From a virus (lineage: Duplodnaviria; Caudoviricetes), in the IMG/VR virus record IMGVR_UViG_3300033120_000387, positions 36,108 to 100,107 of that record: a stretch of 64,000 bases of DNA; one strand, written 5' to 3'. Numbering within the stretch: the first letter of the stretch is position 1; every line of letters begins with the position of its first letter. Positions 30,256 through 39,824 of the stretch are shown here, piece after piece. The position numbers and the translations under genes were made by a program. The notes under the pieces were generated by a model, which saw only the letters and a program-made list of their open reading frames with translations, searched no databases and was not told where the DNA came from.

Positions 30256-31157
30256 ATTGTCTCCTTTTCTATCCCACTAGCTTTTTTATCAGCTTTATTA
30301 AAACTAATTAACATATTATATTTTTCTTCTCCAAATATTTTCAACCATTTCTTTTTATCCTTTTCGGTTTTCCAATTAAATGGCAACATATGATAATTAA
30401 TAAGAAACAAAACATCTAATAAATCTTTGTTGTTCAAATCTAATTCAACCTCAGTCATAATTTTATAAGTTCCAACTTCAGCGTGTTGATAATAATGAGC
30501 CACTCCTTCTTCGTCAAATTTTTGCGTAAATAACTTACCATAATCATGCAAACTCGCTCCATAGCAGTATTTATCCTCATTGGTGTATCCCCCCCTAACA
30601 GACTCTATACAATGAAAATGTAAATCATATTTATGGTAAGGTGTATTCTGATTAAACCCAGCCATTTCATCAAAAGTATCATCAAACGACTTTCTTATAT
30701 TATCAAAGTTATGTATAATAATCTCATCAAATCCTTCTTCATAAAATGGTACTTGAAAATTCATATACATTTTATTTATAACGTGATGTGGCACAGGATT
30801 ATCACGATAAATATTATCTTCTAAGCATTGCTCAATTGGTTTTGCCATTATGTATGCTATTTTATAACAGTCAATCTTAGACACATTTTCAAGTAATTTT
30901 CTACGAGATTTGAGGTTGATATTAGTAGCATCTATTATCACGTTTTCATTAAATGTTAATCTATCTCTAACACGCTTATTTAATTCCTTAAATACTTGTT
31001 CATTGTGGTCTTGGTCGTTTATATCTCCATATAATTCAACCCTTAAATCGTCAGAGGATAGGATTTTAGCATTATATTGTTCAGATAACGCTTTAGCTTG
31101 AGTTGATTTTCCACTTGCACATATTCCTACCATAAGGACTAATGTTGGTTTATTCAT
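30252..31157 (-). CDS. Polynucleotide kinase (P-loop) fused to HD phosphohydrolase
   Basis: GICASGKST, SSDDLR, DATN..R; H...H..LHDYGK..H..H..D. Confidence 0.85.
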   Translation of the reverse strand: MNKPTLVLMVGICASGKSTQAKALSEQYNAKILSSDDLRVELYGDINDQDHNEQVFKELNKRVRDRLTFNENVIIDATNINLKSRRKLLENVSKIDCYKIAYIMAKPIEQCLEDNIYRDNPVPHHVINKMYMNFQVPFYEEGFDEIIIHNFDNIRKSFDDTFDEMAGFNQNTPYHKYDLHFHCIESVRGGYTNEDKYCYGASLHDYGKLFTQKFDEEGVAHYYQHAEVGTYKIMTEVELDLNNKDLLDVLFLINYHMLPFNWKTEKDKKKWLKIFGEEKYNMLISFNKADKKASGIEKETI

Positions 31158-31950
31158 TGAGTAACTCCTTTCTAAAAGATTGTTTTATAATATTAGATGT
31201 CACCATATTCATTAAAATCTCTACATCTTTATTTACTTTAACTTCGTTGTTTTTCATATAGTCTTCTTTTACTTTTTTAGCCTTTTCCACAGTTGTTCTT
31301 GCAATTTCTCGTGCCTCTTCTAGTGGAATAGGGGAGGTTTTAAGAGATAGCACATATTTTTTATCAATAGGGATGAGAATGTCTTTATAATCTTCTCTAT
31401 TGTCAATATACCTACATAAAAAATCCCATAATCTTACTATGTGGTGGAGTTGCTTTGGGTCATATCCATACTTATCTATTTTGTCTTTTATACTTGGATA
31501 AGGATGTTCTAAAGCATTGTATTTTTCTAACATCATACCTACCATGCAATTAACACTTGCAAAATTATTATACCTTGCAATCGTTTCATTATTATCTATC
31601 ATAGACTGGTATAAGTCTTTATAAGTAGGATTAATAACATAGTATTCAGTAAATAACAGTTCGATAAAATTAATATTTTGTTTTTTAAAACACTCAAACA
31701 TTTTTCTAATATCTTTAATGTCACATTGTCCACCATCAGCCATCTCACTTGTTGTGCTGATAAGTGGCTTATTTAAAATAACATCATTTATAGAAGGTAT
31801 GATAATGGCTTTGGTGTCGATATCTGAACCTTCATAATCCATTTCATAATTTTGTGAACCATATAGAAATACACCTACTACATTATAACCACGAGATATC
31901 AATGTGTTATAGTGTTGTTGCACTATTGATTGTACTTGTTGTTTATCCAT
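31150..31950 (-). CDS. Pol-beta nucleotidyltransferase, RlaP-like
   Basis: LYGSQNY..D..SDID, N.NFIELLF, GYD.K.LHH..RL. Confidence 0.8.
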   Translation of the reverse strand: MDKQQVQSIVQQHYNTLISRGYNVVGVFLYGSQNYEMDYEGSDIDTKAIIIPSINDVILNKPLISTTSEMADGGQCDIKDIRKMFECFKKQNINFIELLFTEYYVINPTYKDLYQSMIDNNETIARYNNFASVNCMVGMMLEKYNALEHPYPSIKDKIDKYGYDPKQLHHIVRLWDFLCRYIDNREDYKDILIPIDKKYVLSLKTSPIPLEEAREIARTTVEKAKKVKEDYMKNNEVKVNKDVEILMNMVTSNIIKQSFRKELLNE

Positions 31951-32852
31951 TAATTAAACACATCCTTTTTAATTTCTTTAACTTTATTTATACATAAAGT
32001 ATTTAGTGTTTTAAAATTAATTGTAGGGTTCTTAAACTCTTTTAATATATGCCACATTTCTTCATTTATTAATTCATAAAATATCCTACTTAGTAACATA
32101 GGTATATATTTAGATATCCACCCATTTTGCTCTATTTTAATTTTTTCATATTCTTTTTCAACAAAAGATTGAGTTATATATTTTTCCACTATTTTTTCTT
32201 CAATTAATACATTGCCAATTATTGGTGCTCCCATTTCTTTATGATTTTTTTCTTTAAATTCACTTGTTACAATTTTTGCCCATGTTTGTCTACCATATTT
32301 GTTATAGAAATCATAATTTTTTATAACAACTCCTTCTCCTGTACCTTCTCCGTCTTTAATTAAAAAATTATTAATTGTTGTACAGTATAAAAACTTCTCT
32401 AAATCTCCATTTTTTATAATTCTTAATGGCGCAAGATATTCTATACTAAACTCTTCTAATAATGGTTTATATATTTCATATGGTAAATATTCTAAACCAT
32501 CTTCTTTGTCTATGCATACATCAAATACATAAAATTTTCTCCAAGCATCGTCACGATATGTTTTTAACGAGTGAGGTACAAACCACTCGCCATATAATCT
32601 ATGTGTAGGGTGCTTGTGTAAATATTCAATAATATTATTTTGTTCTAACATATTAGCATAAAATCCCGCATTGTCATTATCAAGTGTTAATTCTCTATTT
32701 CTTGAACCACATTTTAACTCACTATTATTATTTAAATAGCATTGAGAATTTGTGCCATCAATCTTAGGAAATACATAACATATTCCTATCTCTTCGCCTT
32801 GCACTTCATCTGTGCCGAATCTCTCAATATGTTGATATTTTTTAAATTCCAT
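31950..32852 (-). CDS. RNA ligase, Rnl2-like
   Basis: KIDGTN (motif I), SRNR, GEW, FDV, EGVV, AKIV. Confidence 0.85.
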   Translation of the reverse strand: MEFKKYQHIERFGTDEVQGEEIGICYVFPKIDGTNSQCYLNNNSELKCGSRNRELTLDNDNAGFYANMLEQNNIIEYLHKHPTHRLYGEWFVPHSLKTYRDDAWRKFYVFDVCIDKEDGLEYLPYEIYKPLLEEFSIEYLAPLRIIKNGDLEKFLYCTTINNFLIKDGEGTGEGVVIKNYDFYNKYGRQTWAKIVTSEFKEKNHKEMGAPIIGNVLIEEKIVEKYITQSFVEKEYEKIKIEQNGWISKYIPMLLSRIFYELINEEMWHILKEFKNPTINFKTLNTLCINKVKEIKKDVFN

Positions 32853-32882
32853 ATTACCTTCCTTTCTTAATTAAAATCAAAC

Positions 32883-32970
32883 CCCTAGCGATAGGACTCG
32901 AACCTATGTTACACTTATCGGACACCATGTCAATGTGGACTCGAACCACCCTTACTACCATAGACTAGGG
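32883..32970 (-). ncRNA. tRNA-like structured element with two T-arms
   Basis: Closing stem CCCTAGT/GCTAGGG. Hairpins GTGG-TTCGAGT-CCAC and ATAGG-TTCGAGT-CCTAT. Confidence 0.55.
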
Positions 32971-32976
32971 AATATT

Positions 32977-33177
32977 TTAATCTACATAAAACTTTTTATT
33001 AATTTCATATAAGAAATCTACTAACTCCTCAACACTATTTTCAAAATCACCAACCATTTCTATAGTGATTGGCATTTCATTTTGAACAAATGATTTTAAA
33101 TAATGTATTCTGCCCTCACATAAACTCAAATCATCCCATATCATTCTCCGTCTTTGTTCACTCATAACATTTCTCAT
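32977..33177 (-). CDS. Hypothetical protein
   Basis: ORF with RBS. Confidence 0.55.
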   Translation of the reverse strand: MRNVMSEQRRRMIWDDLSLCEGRIHYLKSFVQNEMPITIEMVGDFENSVEELVDFLYEINKKFYVD

Positions 33178-33283
33178 ATTTATTCTCCTCTACACTTTCC
33201 CATAGTACACCACAATCCATACAAAACGAATATATCACCGTTGATAATGTCTATTGCTCTTTTTAAATCCATTTTTCTCTCCT

Positions 33284-33652
33284 TTACCACCACAAAGCCA
33301 ATAAACTAGCTTTAAAAATATCCATAAATTTATTATGAATATCTATATAATCTTTATCTAATAAATCTTTAAACAACAACACCTTACATAACTCTAACAT
33401 TTTATCAATGCACTCTTGTAAGGTGTACTCTTTTCCATTTACATCAACCTTGCAAAATTCACAGTTTACATTGTTAACTTCATTATACATCATCAATCTC
33501 TCGTAAACAAAAGTTATAAATGCTTGGTTTATATCCCATGTTTCTCGCTCATCAAATCCATATTTTTCTTGCTGTTCTTGCAATAATTTTTGTCGTTTGT
33601 CATTAGGAATACATTTATAATCATAATTGATGTCATCTAAATATTTTCTCAT
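33284..33652 (-). CDS. Conserved phage hypothetical protein
   Basis: YGFDERETW...ERL..Y...LWW pattern, RBS. Confidence 0.65.
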   Translation of the reverse strand: MRKYLDDINYDYKCIPNDKRQKLLQEQQEKYGFDERETWDINQAFITFVYERLMMYNEVNNVNCEFCKVDVNGKEYTLQECIDKMLELCKVLLFKDLLDKDYIDIHNKFMDIFKASLLALWW

Positions 33653-33665
33653 TTTTTATTCTCCT

Positions 33666-33959
33666 TTAAAATATATCATCAATATCTATGATACCTTTAT
33701 TTTTCTTTCTTTGTAGTAACTGAGTTAAAGGAACAAATCCTTTTATTTTATGCGACTCCCAATAATAATCAGGGTCAAAAACTTCTGTCTCATCACAATT
33801 TATTGTAAAAATAATCAGTTTTTCATCATTATTATAATATATACCATCCATCTCAGACCCGTAGCAGTCATTTGTGTCATTATCAGTACTGCTCATTAAT
33901 TCAACATCTTCGGGAATATTGTTTCTTATAATAATATCTTTTAATTCAGCATAAGTCAT
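33666..33959 (-). CDS. Hypothetical protein
   Basis: RBS and own promoter (33986-34014). Confidence 0.6.
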   Translation of the reverse strand: MTYAELKDIIIRNNIPEDVELMSSTDNDTNDCYGSEMDGIYYNNDEKLIIFTINCDETEVFDPDYYWESHKIKGFVPLTQLLQRKKNKGIIDIDDIF

Positions 33960-34025
33960 TTTTTATTTCCTCCTTTGTATGTTCTATATTAGCACACATT
34001 AGACTGTTTGTCAACAAAAATTTTC

Positions 34026-35675
34026 TTAAAATATATCATCAATATTCATAGGTTTTTTAGCCCTTAAATTGACCTCAATTTTGTCAATAATGCACTGTGG
34101 TGTATTTGTACCCCTAAAGCTATTAATCGCAAATTCACCTATCAAATCTATCAATAACTCCGAATTTTCCCCTATATGAAATATCTTATCTTGGTCATCA
34201 TGTGAGACAAAGAATTTTATATAATCAATTCCTTTGTAGGTGAATTTTATTGTTGTGCCATTTTTACCCATAACACGAATATCGTTTGAGTTGATTTTGA
34301 TATTTGAGATATGAAATGAAGGTTTAGGGATAGCCACATTCCACAACTCATCATAATCTGCAAACTCTTTAAATAAATACTTTGGAATCTTACTAGGGGT
34401 AAACGATTGAGTAACATTATAGATAACCTCTGTGTCTAGGTCAAGACTGTTACAATAATCCTTTAACTTGCTTAAATCCTTTTCTTTAAATCCAACTCCC
34501 CAAGCCATTGAGTGACCTTGATTTATTATCATTAAACCACTCTCGCCTAACATATCTTTAAATGGAATAGGCGAACGAGCAGAGCCAAAGTATTCATCTC
34601 CGTTTAGGTATATTAATAATGTCGGTTTTGTATACTTCTCTGATAATTTACCACAAGTAAGTCCTGTGTAGGCACTTTTTTCTGTAAAAGCAAATATCAC
34701 TTTATCGCTCTCGTCAATCGTAGGCAATATTTTTTCATACATATCCTCTACGATTTTCTTTTGTTGTTTGTGAGCATCTAAACATATGTCTAGCATTTCT
34801 TTATATTTATCTTCGTTTAAATCTTCAGCAAAGCATTTTAATAGTAGATATTTATGTTCGTCTATATTCTCACGAATCAAGGCATTTATCTTTGGTATGA
34901 GCGAAAATGCTACATCTTTAGGTGTGATAGTGTCTTTATCTATAAGGTTATCATATAGATATTTCAAGAACGGATTTGTGATATTTCTTAATCCAAAATA
35001 GACATATGTTCTATTTTCCAAAGGAGCAAGGCTCATTACATCTCCAATTAATCCACAAGCACATAGGTCAATATATTTCCAACCCATTTTTCTACCAGAT
35101 TGATTCTCGCAATATGATATAAATTTATATACAACACTAGCCCCACAAGCGAATTTGTTCTCAACATTTTCTGATAATTGGTTATTAATAATTGTCGCAT
35201 AAGGTGTCTCATACTCACTCTCATGATGTTCCAATATTAACACATCAACATTGTTGTCTTGTAGTTGTTTATGTTGTTCATAATCAGAACTACCAGCATC
35301 AGGCACGATTAGTAAGTCACATTTATTGTTGTATACACAATCTAATACATCTTGAGTTATGCCATGTATTTTGCCCTGATTAATAATGGTAAATATTTGA
35401 ATGTTTGGATTGAGTTCTTTTATATATCTATACATCATAGTATAACTTGTCACGCCATCGTTGTCAATATCAGCGTAAAGGCATATGTTGGATTGTTGAT
35501 TTATATGATTTATAAACAGTTCATATGCTTGATGATGATTATTATAGTTGGTAAAAGGTTCGATTTGATAACCTGTTGGAGCGAGATAATCCTCAACATC
35601 TTCCACACCACATTTATTCAAATAGCTTTCAAGTGTTATTTCTTCATGGGGCTGATAAAGTGTTTTTATTTTCAT
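34026..35675 (-). CDS. recJ: RecJ-like ssDNA exonuclease (DHH/DHHA1)
   Basis: DIDNDG, HG, PDAG, EHH, GDVM, PKINA, GSAR, GH..A.G. Confidence 0.88.
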   Translation of the reverse strand: MKIKTLYQPHEEITLESYLNKCGVEDVEDYLAPTGYQIEPFTNYNNHHQAYELFINHINQQSNICLYADIDNDGVTSYTMMYRYIKELNPNIQIFTIINQGKIHGITQDVLDCVYNNKCDLLIVPDAGSSDYEQHKQLQDNNVDVLILEHHESEYETPYATIINNQLSENVENKFACGASVVYKFISYCENQSGRKMGWKYIDLCACGLIGDVMSLAPLENRTYVYFGLRNITNPFLKYLYDNLIDKDTITPKDVAFSLIPKINALIRENIDEHKYLLLKCFAEDLNEDKYKEMLDICLDAHKQQKKIVEDMYEKILPTIDESDKVIFAFTEKSAYTGLTCGKLSEKYTKPTLLIYLNGDEYFGSARSPIPFKDMLGESGLMIINQGHSMAWGVGFKEKDLSKLKDYCNSLDLDTEVIYNVTQSFTPSKIPKYLFKEFADYDELWNVAIPKPSFHISNIKINSNDIRVMGKNGTTIKFTYKGIDYIKFFVSHDDQDKIFHIGENSELLIDLIGEFAINSFRGTNTPQCIIDKIEVNLRAKKPMNIDDIF

Positions 35676-35683
35676 TCAACCCC

Positions 35684-35923
35684 TCATTTCCTAAATGTAA
35701 CATTTTTAATATGCTCGGCTTGCTTAGTCACAAACATATCTTCATTACTAACTTGATGTTTATAGTGTTCAGGCATTGATAAATCAGTTTGGTTCATACA
35801 AGCTATAGCTATAGCCGCCACAATTGATATAACGCAAACCAATGGACTAAATGTAACCCATATAAAGGTTAGTATAATATATATTACTAAAAGCAATCCC
35901 AATATTTGAAATATTATCATCAA
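35684..35923 (-). CDS. Hypothetical membrane protein
   Basis: Two hydrophobic segments. Confidence 0.5.
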   Translation of the reverse strand: MMIIFQILGLLLVIYIILTFIWVTFSPLVCVISIVAAIAIACMNQTDLSMPEHYKHQVSNEDMFVTKQAEHIKNVTFRK

Positions 35924-36180
35924 TTCAACATCCTTTCATTCATTTTATGGCATATGAAATCATATATCTCTTTTAATATTATACCGCTATAACTTTGTCT
36001 CTCTTCATTAAAAAAACTATATTGGTCTGTATACTCCTCCCATACTATACTACCTACATAAATATTGGTATCTTTTTCATATATGGCATATGGTATTTTA
36101 TCTTCAGAAAACTCTATACCTTGATTGTATAACACAGTTATCACATCTTCAGTAAATGGCTCAATCTTTAGATATTTCAT
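35920..36180 (-). CDS. Hypothetical protein
   Basis: ATG 36180 after GAGGAG. Confidence 0.55.
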   Translation of the reverse strand: MKYLKIEPFTEDVITVLYNQGIEFSEDKIPYAIYEKDTNIYVGSIVWEEYTDQYSFFNEERQSYSGIILKEIYDFICHKMNERMLN

Positions 36181-36317
36181 TTTCAATCTCCTCTCCACAT
36201 TGCTCACAAACACCATATTTCTTACTACATACCTCGCATACGCAATAACTTTGCTGACCACAATATTTACACTCGGATTGTGATAGAGATACCATATAGT
36301 GTTGTGATTTACATTTA

Positions 36318-36584
36318 TTACATATCATAATCTACCACCTTCATTTTCATTTCAACTCCACATATTCTACCTTCAATATTATTATCTTCTATAAACCTAT
36401 CTGCCTTATAAACATCTTCAAACATCATGGCTTTATTTAGCTTTACGGTATATTGAAATGCGTGTTTATGGAAATAATCTTTAGAAATATATTTGTCAAC
36501 TCCGTCTCGTTTTACTATAATCGCACATTTGACTAATGAGTGGTGTGTTCTTAATGTTTTATTATCCATATCTATTCCCTCCAT
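36318..36584 (-). CDS. Hypothetical protein
   Basis: Operonic ORF. Confidence 0.55.
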   Translation of the reverse strand: MEGIDMDNKTLRTHHSLVKCAIIVKRDGVDKYISKDYFHKHAFQYTVKLNKAMMFEDVYKADRFIEDNNIEGRICGVEMKMKVVDYDM

Positions 36585-36856
36585 GTATTATAAATTTCAA
36601 TAGTTGGTTCTTCAATCTCATCGTCTATATAATTAATGATAATATCCTTAGACAAAAAATTGCTAAATTCATATAGTTGCTCTATGTTAAAATCAATATA
36701 AAGATTTTGATATGGCTCTCTATCATAAGTTAATTTATCTACAAATTCAATCCTTTCTTTATTGTTCATAACATAATCTGATAACAATGGTACATCTTGA
36801 ATCATTACTTGATATTGTTCATGCCATACTGTTACAATTTTAAATTTCATAATCAT
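36572..36856 (-). CDS. Hypothetical protein
   Basis: Operonic ORF with RBS. Confidence 0.55.
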   Translation of the reverse strand: MIMKFKIVTVWHEQYQVMIQDVPLLSDYVMNNKERIEFVDKLTYDREPYQNLYIDFNIEQLYEFSNFLSKDIIINYIDDEIEEPTIEIYNTWRE

Positions 36857-36910
36857 TCTCCTTTATTTTTTCTTAATTATATCATAGATTTATTTGGTTG
36901 TTAAGGATTA

Positions 36911-37549
36911 TTATAAATCAATACACACATTATAATCTACATAATATGTCGTTAAGCTATCACTATGATATTTACAAAATTTATCTATAGCATTTTGTAG
37001 TTTTTGTAATTCATCTTCGTCTACTCTGTCAAAAGCATCTTCAAAACTATCTTCTAAAGCATTGGACACAATATCATAAGCATTTAATGTGAATGGAACT
37101 GCTTTAGTTCCCCATACATAATTAGGCATTTCATCTTCTTCGCTATAATAATAATCCTTAAACTCGTCTATATCGTTAAAATATCCCTCATTATATCTAT
37201 AGCTATCACTAAATAACACAATCATAGATTCTTTTGGTACTGTATCAAAAGTATAATGTTTTGCTTTATCTACTCTCATTTGCTCGTTTATAGATTTTTT
37301 AATTAATCGTTTTTGTTCTTTTAATTCTATACATTTCTTAGTCTTGCATTGTCCATAGCTATTTAATGGATTTCCACAACGTTCACATAGTCTAATAATC
37401 CCATTATGACAATGACCACAATTTTCTAATATTCCTCGTTCTTTATCAATCATCCAACCATTTCCACCACAATGCGAGCATAACGCTTCATTTTCTTTTG
37501 GGGGCTTTGGTAAGATTGTGAATTTTTGGTTGTTTATTTTTTCAAACAT
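36911..37549 (-). CDS. Hypothetical protein with DnaJ-like CxxCxGxG zinc motifs
   Basis: CSHCGGNG, CGHCHNG, CERCG. Confidence 0.6.
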   Translation of the reverse strand: MFEKINNQKFTILPKPPKENEALCSHCGGNGWMIDKERGILENCGHCHNGIIRLCERCGNPLNSYGQCKTKKCIELKEQKRLIKKSINEQMRVDKAKHYTFDTVPKESMIVLFSDSYRYNEGYFNDIDEFKDYYYSEEDEMPNYVWGTKAVPFTLNAYDIVSNALEDSFEDAFDRVDEDELQKLQNAIDKFCKYHSDSLTTYYVDYNVCIDL

Positions 37550-37814
37550 TTTTACTCTCCTTTTCTATCTCTTCGCTTAACTTACTTAATCTGTCTACTA
37601 CACACTCCATATCTTTATCATATCCTTTTGGCGGTGCTAAATACCAACCTTGTGCAAACAAACTAATTAACTCTTCGATACTATAATTTGATACTAAAGC
37701 AAGTTTAAATATTAACTCTTGTTGAGATTCGCAAGCTCTTGCTAATTGTTTGTCGTAATCTATAAATATATTATTCATCATTATTCTCCACTTCATAATC
37801 CACGGTAAAATCAT
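37542..37814 (-). CDS. Hypothetical protein
   Basis: Operonic ORF. Confidence 0.5.
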   Translation of the reverse strand: MILPWIMKWRIMMNNIFIDYDKQLARACESQQELIFKLALVSNYSIEELISLFAQGWYLAPPKGYDKDMECVVDRLSKLSEEIEKESKNV

Positions 37815-37971
37815 AATCTATTTTATCAACATACATTCCATACCATTGATTCCAACATTCCATAATTAAATCAATATCATTATCCATAGTCTTTTTAAAT
37901 TCATCATGGTCTAATGATAATGGTTTGCCATCATAATTAGGTATTTGTTTTATATTTATTGTTATTTTCAT
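37771..37971 (-). CDS. Hypothetical protein
   Basis: Operonic ORF. Confidence 0.5.
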   Translation of the reverse strand: MKITINIKQIPNYDGKPLSLDHDEFKKTMDNDIDLIMECWNQWYGMYVDKIDYDFTVDYEVENNDE

Positions 37972-38567
37972 TATTCAATCACCTCAATCTTCATATTTAT
38001 GGGCAAACACCCTTGAAATATACAACTCATCCACTTCTTATCCTCTGGAGCACCCTCTTCATCGTAATAAGTATTTACAATAAAATCCCCCACTTCATAA
38101 ATTATTATCTTTGATTTAGTGGTATCTTGTAACTTATCTTGAAATGGTCGATAACAAGTCTCTAAATTAACCACTTTTTTAAATACTTCATTTATAGCTG
38201 TTTCCATAAACATCAATGTGCCATCATTCCTAATAAAGCTCGAACTATAATATTGTGGTGATAGAATTGGATTATATCTAACAATTAATTTATACACGCT
38301 GTTATCAAAATTAATATCTCTTTCAACTATATTTATGGAAGTGTCCTCATCTATAAATCTAAATATTTGAGTAAACTCTATAGATGTTAAGTGGTTACTT
38401 TTTTGGTTATCCTCGGTTAATCTGCGTTTAATATATTGATAGCTTACATTGTTATCATTGTTATTATTTACTTGTATTCCATGTTTTTCTTCTTGTTCTT
38501 TAAAATCTATATCGTTTATTGTAGATTTTATTTCTACTATATTATTTGGGTTATATTCCATCCACAT
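37971..38567 (-). CDS. Hypothetical protein
   Basis: Operonic ORF. Confidence 0.6.
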   Translation of the reverse strand: MWMEYNPNNIVEIKSTINDIDFKEQEEKHGIQVNNNNDNNVSYQYIKRRLTEDNQKSNHLTSIEFTQIFRFIDEDTSINIVERDINFDNSVYKLIVRYNPILSPQYYSSSFIRNDGTLMFMETAINEVFKKVVNLETCYRPFQDKLQDTTKSKIIIYEVGDFIVNTYYDEEGAPEDKKWMSCIFQGCLPINMKIEVIE

Positions 38568-38570
38568 TTT

Positions 38571-38843
38571 TTATTCAATCCTTTCTTTATTATTTATACA
38601 ATACGCAACTATATAATTTAGCTCTTTTGGTAAGCTAACTTTATATGTTATAGTATTCCTACTGCTATCAGAAACTTCCTTGCATATTAAATTATCATTG
38701 ACTATAATTACAGAACCATCTTTAATCATTATATAGTATCTAACTTCATCTTCATCATCAAATTCCGCAGGTGAAACAGATAGTATGGATATATCATCTT
38801 TTAATCTTAATAACCCTTCATATGTATTGATAATATCAAACAT
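38571..38843 (-). CDS. Hypothetical protein
   Basis: Operonic ORF. Confidence 0.55.
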   Translation of the reverse strand: MFDIINTYEGLLRLKDDISILSVSPAEFDDEDEVRYYIMIKDGSVIIVNDNLICKEVSDSSRNTITYKVSLPKELNYIVAYCINNKERIE

Positions 38844-38852
38844 TTTTTTATT

Positions 38853-39206
38853 CTATCCTTTCTTTATATATTTTCCTTTACTAGAAACACTTGCAACATT
38901 TTGTTTTACAACATCTTCCATAAATTCCCTACTATATTCAACAGCATAAGCAAACCTACCTGCAAAATATACATAACATTTTTCTTCCATTGCCTGTGGT
39001 ACAAATACATATGTATTAGCTGTAGTCATTGCTTGACCGCCTATACCACCAAAACCTAATGCTGTACTACCCCATGTTTGTTCAAAGATGTGGATTTCAA
39101 AATCATCTATACAAGGTTTAGAGTTTAAAGTATAGTCTAATCTATATGGTAAATCTGATTCAATTGCAAGCACTTCTCGTGCTATAATTGTTAATTTGTT
39201 TGACAT
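38853..39206 (-). CDS. Conserved phage hypothetical protein
   Basis: F.QTWGSTALGFGG.GGQAMT.A.T motif. Confidence 0.65.
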   Translation of the reverse strand: MSNKLTIIAREVLAIESDLPYRLDYTLNSKPCIDDFEIHIFEQTWGSTALGFGGIGGQAMTTANTYVFVPQAMEEKCYVYFAGRFAYAVEYSREFMEDVVKQNVASVSSKGKYIKKG

Positions 39207-39223
39207 TTTTATTTTACCTTTCT

Positions 39224-39643
39224 TTAATCTGTATAAGCTATAAACTTAAATTTACCATTTTCAAAATACTCAAACCTGCCACCGAATGAACCATCAACGA
39301 CTTTTCTAACATCTTCCATTAAATTTCCTTTTGGATAAACACCCTCTTTAATCATAGAACTTGCTGTATGTGGATGACTACGATAATCAATTTTTGTATT
39401 ATCTAAAGGCTTTGGTTTGTATTCTCTGATATATAAAGATGGATTTCCAATAGATATGGGTATATCTCTATAATCATCTTCTTCAGGTTCAAAATCACAC
39501 TTATTACATATTAAAGGCGCACTTACACAAGCCGAACATGGTGGATTAATATGACAAGTACATTGCTCTACTCTTCTATATTCCAGCATACCTTTCTTAC
39601 ATTCAGGACAAATATCCCCTTCTTCATAAAATCTATTATACAT
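39224..39643 (-). CDS. Conserved phage Cys-rich hypothetical protein
   Basis: CTCHINPPCSAC and G.FGGRF..F...YTD. Confidence 0.65.
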   Translation of the reverse strand: MYNRFYEEGDICPECKKGMLEYRRVEQCTCHINPPCSACVSAPLICNKCDFEPEEDDYRDIPISIGNPSLYIREYKPKPLDNTKIDYRSHPHTASSMIKEGVYPKGNLMEDVRKVVDGSFGGRFEYFENGKFKFIAYTD

Positions 39644-39824
39644 TTTACTCCACTCTCTCCTTTTCTCTTTTTAATTTCTCCCAAATATATAATTGTTTTT
39701 TAATAAATCATTGACTAATAATTGAACCACTTGATTTACACTTAAATCATTAAAACACCCATCTTTTTTCATTTCTATGGCTTGCATATATAAAGCACCA
39801 TATAAAAAATATAATTTTTGTTCA

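Noticed and set aside
32883-32970. Canonical tRNA gene
   Set aside because: No pairable D arm or anticodon stem, and two T-arms. Kept only as tRNA-like.
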